Shown here piece by piece: positions 28,541-35,430 of a stretch of DNA of 64,000 nt. The stretch is taken from assembly GCA_047285805.1 (NCBI GenBank), contig JBJBCN010000002.1, positions 416,001-480,000 of the forward strand, given 5' to 3'. This DNA is from Synechococcus sp. Lineage in GTDB: Bacteria; Cyanobacteriota; Cyanobacteriia; PCC-6307; Cyanobiaceae. The notes under the pieces are model-generated. The model searched no databases. It had not been told where the DNA came from and was given only the letters and a program-made list of their open reading frames with translations. The translations under genes were made by a program, and so were the position numbers. Each line of letters starts with the position of its first letter. Within the stretch, counting starts at the first letter, position 1.

Positions 28541-28750
28541 TTATGCGCCAGCAGCACCAGCTGCAACACCAACTCCTGCCCATTCGACAGTGCTCCCACC
28601 AGCGGCCTTTTGAAGGTCTACACCGCGCGTCTTGACAGCCTCAGCCATGTGCTCCTTTTGGAATTTGCTCCCAATCTGACCCATGAGCTCCGGCGTAGGA
28701 CCACTCTTCTTGAGTTCATCCAGAAAAGCATGAGCGTTTTCGACTGACAT
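28541..28750 (-). CDS. Nif11-like leader RiPP precursor peptide (52-aa leader, GG site, 17-aa core)
   Basis: MSVENAHAFLDELK resembles the Nif11 N-terminus; DLQKAAGG is a double-glycine site; core STVEWAGVGVAAGAAGA; directly upstream of ycaO1, with a C39 exporter in the cluster. Confidence 0.88.
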   Translation of the reverse strand: MSVENAHAFLDELKKSGPTPELMGQIGSKFQKEHMAEAVKTRGVDLQKAAGGSTVEWAGVGVAAGAAGA

Positions 28751-28820
28751 GATTTACATGCGGGTACCTTGTAAGGCTAGCCATGGCCTTGATGGATGCC
28801 AACTCGCATGTAACGAAAGG

Positions 28821-29483
28821 CTAATCTTTGCTAGACCCCCATACTGCTGAGGTGCATTCTTTGATACCAAGCTTCTTTCTCACCGCTTCAGTCTTAAGCG
28901 ATAGATCATCTTCTAAATGTCTTAAGCCACAGTATTGACTTGCTTCAAGCCCTTTGGACAACCCATCAATCATTGCTTTTATATGTTGCATGCTTTCCTT
29001 TGTCGGCTCCTTTAAATGACTTGCAATCACTTTAAATAATATAATTGCTGATAGGGTCGTCATTGATTGACCTGCGTAGAAAGCCTGAAGCGCAGTTTCA
29101 CCAAACGGTGTCGTATTGTAGCCAGTAAGCACATGTAGGATGTCGTGCGTATGTCGTAATCTTGTCCTTACATATTCTTGCCGGCTCATTTGAGAGTTCA
29201 CTGGAAACCTTATCATTCCAGGAATACTATGTATAAACTCTTGCTCTTCAGACATTCTCATCAGATGCATTCCGAGATCTTTCCCTAATGTTCCCTCCTC
29301 CATGAATATCAGGTCATCGAGACTGTACTCAGAAGGTCTCCACCTTTCCATAGCATCATCTGCAATAAATGAGTGCAGATGAACGACCTTCCACTGATTC
29401 GAGGCCGCTAATTCCTCCGCTTCAACCCTGATCTCACCAAGTTGGACATCTCTTTTAAACAGATCACCTATTTGTAGTGCCAT
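28821..29483 (-). CDS. Coq4-family protein
   Basis: EGTLG and RLRHTHDILHVLTGY...GETALQAF (HDxxH...E metal-binding motif), C-terminal VRKKLGI. Confidence 0.8.
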   Translation of the reverse strand: MALQIGDLFKRDVQLGEIRVEAEELAASNQWKVVHLHSFIADDAMERWRPSEYSLDDLIFMEEGTLGKDLGMHLMRMSEEQEFIHSIPGMIRFPVNSQMSRQEYVRTRLRHTHDILHVLTGYNTTPFGETALQAFYAGQSMTTLSAIILFKVIASHLKEPTKESMQHIKAMIDGLSKGLEASQYCGLRHLEDDLSLKTEAVRKKLGIKECTSAVWGSSKD

Positions 29484-29530
29484 TCATAGTCTCATTTCTT
29501 ACACTATACACACTATGTCGCCAGTCTTAA

Positions 29531-30334
29531 ATGTCTTCATCATTTGATGTTTATCGTTTTTTTGATCGTCACCCATCGTTTGACTGCATCCTTCCTCTTT
29601 CTTCGTCTAGCTACTTAGTCCGTTCTGGCTCTACATTCTATTCTTGTCATCATTTCGTCACCTTTCATTCGCTTCACAGTCTTTATAGCCTTTACCTTCA
29701 TTTTCTTACCCTCTCTCAATCTACTTTTATCTCCCTGCCCCCATTGTCTGAGATCTTCCAGCTTCCTGATAACAGTTGTTTGCTCATAACTGAGTTTATT
29801 TCTGGTCGTAGACCCTCCTTTTCTGAGCTCTCGTTTCTTCTGCCAGAAATGGTTTCATTTGGTTTAACGGCTACATCTTCCTCTCCACCTTCTGATCACC
29901 TTATTCCTAAAACCCCTAACTCCTTTGAGCTTTTGCGAGCTCAAATACAAGCTTCTCCTTGCTTTCACTCCCTACCCGCTTGTCTTTCACGCTTTCTCTT
30001 GCTTGACCCTCCTCATGGTTCCCTTTCTTTTTGCCATGGAGATTTTTTGCCTCAGAATCTTGTCATTGATCGTCATGACAATGTTTTTCTAATTGATTGG
30101 GAGTTGACAGGTCTCTCCATCCAGCAGTTTGACCTTGGCTGGCTCAATGCTTATTGCATTCTCTCTAGCCTCTCGCTCCCATTTGCTGAATCATCATATC
30201 CCCACGCACTTGATTATTTCACCAGATTTGGGCTGGTTCGATTTGCTTATCGAATCCTCCAGCAGTCGCTTCCTCAAAAGATGACTAGTGAGCGGATGCT
30301 CACTATCATCTCTCTTTTTAATAGATCTATCTGA
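29531..30334 (+). CDS. Aminoglycoside phosphotransferase/choline-kinase-like phosphotransferase
   Basis: LITEFISG, CHGDFLPQN, LIDWE, FDLG. Confidence 0.8.
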   Translation: MSSSFDVYRFFDRHPSFDCILPLSSSSYLVRSGSTFYSCHHFVTFHSLHSLYSLYLHFLTLSQSTFISLPPLSEIFQLPDNSCLLITEFISGRRPSFSELSFLLPEMVSFGLTATSSSPPSDHLIPKTPNSFELLRAQIQASPCFHSLPACLSRFLLLDPPHGSLSFCHGDFLPQNLVIDRHDNVFLIDWELTGLSIQQFDLGWLNAYCILSSLSLPFAESSYPHALDYFTRFGLVRFAYRILQQSLPQKMTSERMLTIISLFNRSI

Positions 30335-30400
30335 CGGCTATCTCCTTTTATCTTCCTGCCTTGTATTACCTGTGGAATCTGTTGGGACAAACTTTGTTTC

Positions 30401-30709
30401 TTGACCTTAACCTCAAGTGTAGCTTCTTTGCCCTTGCCTGCCTTTTTCTTGCTTACTCTTGGGCATCGCTTTGATGTCCTTTTCTTATTACGTACTCCCA
30501 CTTTTTGTTATTTGTCTCTCTCCGGTTCTGCGTATTTCATCATGCGCGGGTGTCGTCCATTAATCATAGACTCTCTCCTTATTCCTGTTTCACTCTCTTT
30601 ACTCTTTGCTATTTCTATTTCATACAACCTCTCTAATTCACTATGCACTCTAGCGCTTTCAGTGCTGATCTTTTGTGCGTCTTCTCTGTCGCTCACCTTT
30701 CGCTCCTGA
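30401..30709 (+). CDS. Small hydrophobic hypothetical protein (doubtful)
   Basis: 102-aa Leu/Ser/Phe-rich ORF with a TTG start; the composition may simply reflect pyrimidine-rich DNA. Confidence 0.2.
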   Translation: MTLTSSVASLPLPAFFLLTLGHRFDVLFLLRTPTFCYLSLSGSAYFIMRGCRPLIIDSLLIPVSLSLLFAISISYNLSNSLCTLALSVLIFCASSLSLTFRS

Positions 30710-31133
30710 GAGTTGTTTCTTTGCATAGCTTTTACGCTGCTGTTGCATTGTTGTTTAATTCCGCCCACTTAATGACGCCTTGCTCGTCATAGAATGTCTC
30801 TTGCAGTACTCCTGGGATGAGTCTATCCTTATCATTGCACATATCTATTGTAACTCCCTCTGTCTTTGTTCACTGACCCGAGACACCATAATATACAAGT
30901 CGGTCGCTAGTTGCTCTTGCGGCACTAACTAACCTGCTCTTTTGATCTGCTCTCGCTTCCTAGTCTTGCCTACACTTTCGTCGAGTGGAATCTGTATTGT
31001 TGCCCAGCCACTTTGGCCCCGGATCACAACTTCCCCCTGCTATCACGCTATTCTCCTCTCAGTCTTCCAGTGCAATTATAAAAACTCGTCGGACAGGGCT
31101 GACAAACCTTTGTCCCTTGCCTTGTTGAAGTGC

Positions 31134-32684
31134 TTACTCCATCGCAAGTCGCTCGAGCTTTCCCTTTAGGTAGCGAATGAACGATTGATGATCTAGCGGC
31201 CGACCGCTTACCCGCTCCACTAATTCCATAGCGTTGACACTGCGACCCAGCGGATAGACCCGTTCACCGAGCCATTGGCCTAGCGCTGCGTCTTTCCTGG
31301 AATCGAGCAGTGTTTCGATAGGGCCGATTTGAGCTTCTACCGTTTCGCTGATTTGTGCGCTTATCAGGTGGCCTAGCCCATATGAGGGGAAATAGCCAAA
31401 CATTCCCTCGCTCCAGTGCACGTCCTGGAGGCAGCCCTCTCGGTCCGTTTTTGGTTGGATGCCTAGGAGTTCTCTCATGCTCTGATTCCAGGCGCTGGGC
31501 AGCTCCTCAACCGGTAGTTCTCCCTCGATCAGCTGTAGCTCTAATTCGTAACGCAGTAGTACGTGTAGGCAGTAGCTGACCTCATCTGCCTCGACGCGTG
31601 TCAACCCTGGTTCGATTCGGTTGAGGTCCCGCCAGAAGGCTCTCGGGCTTCCCCAATAATCTCTGCCTAGGGCACTAGCGAAGCGGGGATGCCAGCGTTT
31701 GGCGATGGCTTCGCTTCGGGCTAATCGGTTCTCGTAGAAGAGGCTCTGACTTTCGTGAATAGCCATTGAGGTCGCTTCACCTAAGGGCCATGGGAACCAG
31801 TGCTCACCGGAGCGCGGTAGACCCTGCTCGTAGAGGCTGTGCCCCCATTCATGGGCGGTGGCCAGGAAAGCGGAAAATGGCTTACCGGTCACCACACGGG
31901 TGGTGATCCTGAAATCGTCCGGTCCGAGTGTGCTTGAGAACGGATGGGGTGAACGAGCTCGGTGGCATCGCTGTTTGCTGTACCCCCACTCCTGCAGCAA
32001 TCGATCGCATATCTTTTCCTGAGAAGCCTCATTCAGATCCCAGGCCTCACTGCTGCCCTTAGGAATCGATCGGGCACGCTCCAGCAACGGAGGTAGTTCC
32101 TGACGCAGCGGCAACAGCAAGCGGGAGATCTGTGCTTTGCTGATGTCGGGCTCAAATGGTTGGGCCAAGATTTCCCAGGGGCTGCGCTCTTGCCCAGATG
32201 GGTCTTGCTCGACGGGGGCCAGTTGGCGGGCCTGCTCTTGCCGCAGCCCAATCAGTGTGTTGAGAGCCGGCGCAAAACGCTCAAAGGCGTCGGCTTCTTT
32301 GGCGTCCTGCCAGAGGGCATAGCCATGGGCTTGCGCCTGGGCGAGTTGGCTCACCAGGGCCGGGTCCAGGCTGGACTGACGCTCCCATTCCCGGCGCAGG
32401 AGCTGGAGATTGCGCTGCTGCTCCGGGGTGGCTGAACCCGCGCTTTCTGCTTCCGCTGCGGCCAGTAGATCGGCGTATTTCGTTGAGGTCTGCCGTTCAT
32501 GGAGCTGAAGCGCCAACAGCGCCAACTGCTCACCCCGCCAGCTCGCCGATCTCGCTGGCATTGCCGTGTTTTGATCGAAGAAGAGCGTGCTCTGGATTCC
32601 CCCGAGCAGTTGGGTGACGTGCAGGTGATCGCGTAGCTGTGCGTAAGCCTGTCCTGCGCTCAAGGTGCTTGGGACAACGATCAC
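31134..32684 (-). CDS. Carboxypeptidase Taq family (M32) metallopeptidase
   Basis: HPF, DFRITTR, HEWGH, HESQ, RVEADE, GCLQDVHW, GYFPSY. Confidence 0.95.
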   Translation of the reverse strand: MIVVPSTLSAGQAYAQLRDHLHVTQLLGGIQSTLFFDQNTAMPARSASWRGEQLALLALQLHERQTSTKYADLLAAAEAESAGSATPEQQRNLQLLRREWERQSSLDPALVSQLAQAQAHGYALWQDAKEADAFERFAPALNTLIGLRQEQARQLAPVEQDPSGQERSPWEILAQPFEPDISKAQISRLLLPLRQELPPLLERARSIPKGSSEAWDLNEASQEKICDRLLQEWGYSKQRCHRARSPHPFSSTLGPDDFRITTRVVTGKPFSAFLATAHEWGHSLYEQGLPRSGEHWFPWPLGEATSMAIHESQSLFYENRLARSEAIAKRWHPRFASALGRDYWGSPRAFWRDLNRIEPGLTRVEADEVSYCLHVLLRYELELQLIEGELPVEELPSAWNQSMRELLGIQPKTDREGCLQDVHWSEGMFGYFPSYGLGHLISAQISETVEAQIGPIETLLDSRKDAALGQWLGERVYPLGRSVNAMELVERVSGRPLDHQSFIRYLKGKLERLAME

Positions 32685-32703
32685 GAAACCCTAGGCGTTG
32701 TGC

Positions 32704-33105
32704 TCAGTTCCAGTGGAACTCCATTGGGATAGCCCCTTCCAGGCTCACTTTGACTGGGCAGCTTTCTCCGGCTTTTTGCAGGAGCTTCCGTGCCTTGGCA
32801 TCTAGGTGGGCCGGCAGTTCAATCCAGACCTCTAAGTTGGCGATCTTGCGCGGCGCTTCGCTGGTCATGACTTTCTCCACCCGTGCCGTGCACCCCTCAA
32901 GACCCCATTCGTGCCGCTCGGCGACGATCCCCATGATCGTGAGGATGCAGGTGGTTAGCGCCGTGGCCACGAGGTCGGTGGGCGAGAAGCGCTCCCCTTG
33001 CCCTTGGTTGTCGGTTGGCGCATCCGTTTCCAGGACTGAGCCCGATGGCCCGTGGACCGATGCACAGCGCAGTTGTCCGCTGTAGCTGCTGGTGATCTGG
33101 GTCAT
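32704..33105 (-). CDS. OsmC-family protein
   Basis: TDAP.DNQG.GE.FSPTDL...C and CPV. Confidence 0.88.
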   Translation of the reverse strand: MTQITSSYSGQLRCASVHGPSGSVLETDAPTDNQGQGERFSPTDLVATALTTCILTIMGIVAERHEWGLEGCTARVEKVMTSEAPRKIANLEVWIELPAHLDAKARKLLQKAGESCPVKVSLEGAIPMEFHWN

Positions 33106-33157
33106 AGAACCGTGAGCCTTTTTGGCCAGGTTGGCAGTTCTGAATCGCTCCCCGTAG

Positions 33158-33598
33158 GTGGAACTGATGGCGCTGCTGCCGATTGATCACGGAGTTGGTT
33201 CACCCATGCTCGGCTTGGCCAGGGCGATTCAGCTCTCGGTGGCCCCGGTCTTTCTGCTGACGTCCATTGCCGGTCTGTTGGGTGTGATCAGCTACCGTCT
33301 GGACAGGGTGCTGGACCTGGCCCAGCGGCTGCAGAGCTTTACGGACGAAGCCATGGATTTTGCGTTGCTCAAACGGCGCATGACGTAGCTGATCCGTGCT
33401 AGCGAGGCCGTAACCACCACCGGGGTGCTTGTGGCGGCGGTGGTCGCGGTCACCTTCATCAGCGCGATTGCAGTTATCGACCTGACGGCGATCGTCGTCC
33501 CGCTGTTTGTTGTGGCGATGGTCTCGCTGATGGTGGGGTTGTCGACCCTGCTGCTGGATGCCCGCATCTCAGCGCCGCTGATTGGCCATCGCTTCTAG
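33158..33598 (+). pseudogene. DUF2721-like membrane protein with an internal TAG stop
   Basis: IQLSVAPVFLL...RLDRVLD. After TAG at 33386-33388 the same frame continues with two further TM helices (…VVPLFVVAMVSL…) to TAG at 33596-33598. Confidence 0.75.
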
Positions 33599-33994
33599 GC
33601 GGCAGCTGCAGAGTTGATCCAGTTCGGGGCGACCGGTTAAGGCCAAGCGCCAGTGTGCCCAGAGGCCATAGGCCCAATCCGCCAACGGTCCGATGACGGG
33701 CCAGGCCGTAGGGGCGTACAACCAGCCTAGTCCGATCAGTCGATAGGCCTCGCGGAAGACCGCGACATCCTTCAGAACGGTTCCGTCCCCCTGAATTGCG
33801 TGGATGCGGCCCATGGCGTCCCGGTAGCTGATTCCCTGGTGCTGCTCAGGCCTGTAGTGTGCTTCGTTGATGTCGACAAATGCAATCCGAGCTGAGCTGG
33901 GGTGCAGCCGCTCATCCCGATGGCGCAGGAAATTCACTTCCCGCAGACAGAGCGGACAGCCTCCGTCGTAGAGGAGTGTGAGGTGGATGTTCAT
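33569..33994 (-). CDS. DCC1-like thiol-disulfide oxidoreductase (DUF393)
   Basis: LYDGGCPLC, IAFVDI, AMGRIH. Confidence 0.88.
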   Translation of the reverse strand: MNIHLTLLYDGGCPLCLREVNFLRHRDERLHPSSARIAFVDINEAHYRPEQHQGISYRDAMGRIHAIQGDGTVLKDVAVFREAYRLIGLGWLYAPTAWPVIGPLADWAYGLWAHWRLALTGRPELDQLCSCRLEAMANQRR

Positions 33995-34067
33995 TGGGGC
34001 AGCCTGAACGATCCGTCGAGCTCTCCGTGGCCCATAGCGTTGACTGGACCTTGCATCAGCGGAACTG

Positions 34068-34526
34068 GTGATGGGCTGGCAGCAGGCTCTGGAGCAATTC
34101 GAGTTCCAGGCGCACGGCAAGGGGTTCTTGCGGATCGACCCTGAGCTGAACCGCTGGATTCGCTCAACGGGTGTGCTTCAGGGCGTTCTTCATCTCAGTT
34201 CGCTGCACACCAGCTGCAGCCTGACCATTAATGAGAACGCCGATCCACGGGTTCTCGACGATCTCGCGGCCTGGATGGAGGCGGTGGTTCCCCAGTTCGC
34301 CCATGGCGCCTTGGATGGCTCCGATTCCCTGCGTTGTTATCGCCATGACGACGAGGGACCCGACGACATGCCCGCCCATATCCGCGCGGCGTTGACGAGC
34401 CAAACCTTGTCCCTAAGCGTTGTGGACGGGGAGTTGTATCTGGGCATGTGGCAAGCGGTCTACCTGTGGGAGCACCGCGCTAGACCCAAGCTCAGGCGGG
34501 TCGCTGCCCATCTGATCGGGGAGTAG
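34068..34526 (+). CDS. yjbQ: YjbQ/UPF0047 family protein
   Basis: HTSCSLTINENADP, HDDEGPDDMPAH, LGMWQ. Confidence 0.9.
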   Translation: MMGWQQALEQFEFQAHGKGFLRIDPELNRWIRSTGVLQGVLHLSSLHTSCSLTINENADPRVLDDLAAWMEAVVPQFAHGALDGSDSLRCYRHDDEGPDDMPAHIRAALTSQTLSLSVVDGELYLGMWQAVYLWEHRARPKLRRVAAHLIGE

Positions 34527-34528
34527 GA

Positions 34529-34783
34529 ATGTCGCTTTCTCTTGAAGAACTGACTGTGGAGCTCATTCGCCTGCAAGAGCGGGTGGAGACGCTGGAGGTT
34601 GAACTGGCCTCGCTGCGGGGCCGGGAGCTGTCGCCTTCAACCCAGTTGGCGCGGCGGAATGCCGAACGACTGGCGGAGGAGGTTCGTCGACGCCGGGAGA
34701 GTACGCCGGAGCCGGAGGACGACACCGACATTGATCTCTTGATCGATCGCCTGCATGACTTGGCCCTCGAGAATGGGCCTTAG
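34529..34783 (+). CDS. Hypothetical coiled-coil protein
   Basis: 84-aa ORF tightly packed in a co-oriented gene run; C-terminal DIDLLIDRLHD. Confidence 0.6.
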   Translation: MSLSLEELTVELIRLQERVETLEVELASLRGRELSPSTQLARRNAERLAEEVRRRRESTPEPEDDTDIDLLIDRLHDLALENGP

Positions 34784-34798
34784 TTCTTGGTTCTGTGG

Positions 34799-35077
34799 AT
34801 GGCCACACCGATCAACGTCCTCCACGGGCCTGTGCCCGATCAATTGGAGCAATTGGGCCTCGCCCAGTGGCCGATCTGGAGCTGCGAGATCAGCTCCTTT
34901 CCTTGGACCTACGACGAGCAGGAAACCTGCCTGCTGCTAGAGGGGGATGTCACAGTGACGCCCGAGGGCGGTGAACCCGTGCGCTTTGGCGCCGGCGATC
35001 TGGTCACCTTTGCCGCTGGGCTCTCCTGCCACTGGGATGTGCATCAGCCTGTGCGCAAGCACTACCGCTTCGGTTGA
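34799..35077 (+). CDS. Cupin-domain protein (DUF861)
   Basis: WPIW.CE.S.FPWTY...ETC.LLEG.V.V, GAGDLV.F..G. Confidence 0.88.
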   Translation: MATPINVLHGPVPDQLEQLGLAQWPIWSCEISSFPWTYDEQETCLLLEGDVTVTPEGGEPVRFGAGDLVTFAAGLSCHWDVHQPVRKHYRFG

Positions 35078-35113
35078 GCCGCGCCAGGCTGAGGGCCGTT
35101 GGATGGGTTTGTG

Positions 35114-35398
35114 ATGGCCGCTGTTCCGCTCACCTCAGCTCAAATCGATCGGCTTGAGCAGCAGTTGCCCGGCTGGAGCTTGATGGACGGCAAGCTGCAC
35201 CGGGACATGGTGTTCGCTGACTTCAATGCGGCCTTTGGCTTCATGACCCGGGTGGCCCTGATCGCCGAAGCGATGGGCCATCACCCGGAATGGCGCAACG
35301 TCTGGAACCGGGTGGTGATTGATCTGACAACCCATGACACCGGCGGGCTCTCCAACCTCGATCAGCAGTTGGCGCAGCGGATCAATGCCTTGGTTTGA
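35114..35398 (+). CDS. phhB: Pterin-4-alpha-carbinolamine dehydratase
   Basis: [21 protein letters not shown]. Confidence 0.92.
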   Translation: MAAVPLTSAQIDRLEQQLPGWSLMDGKLHRDMVFADFNAAFGFMTRVALIAEAMGHHPEWRNVWNRVVIDLTTHDTGGLSNLDQQLAQRINALV

Positions 35399-35430
35399 CC
35401 GTAGATTCGACGCACTGAGGGGCGCCTCGC

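Larger units (their letters stand above)
12160..31133. mobile_element. AT-rich genomic island carrying a RiPP cluster (no integrase seen)
   Basis: Hand-counted 60-nt lines give 33% GC (16021) and 42% GC (22801) versus 70% in hemC (8281). The shift is abrupt at ~12160, where the LOG pseudogene is cut. Confidence 0.85.

Noticed and set aside
28541..28750. Prochlorosin/lanthipeptide interpretation of the Nif11 precursor
   Set aside because: The core has no Cys and no LanM/ProcM gene is in the window.
30274..30768. Lys/Arg/Glu-rich minus-strand ORFs (75 and 86 aa)
   Set aside because: Their composition follows from the purine-rich minus strand; no motif or start context supports them.
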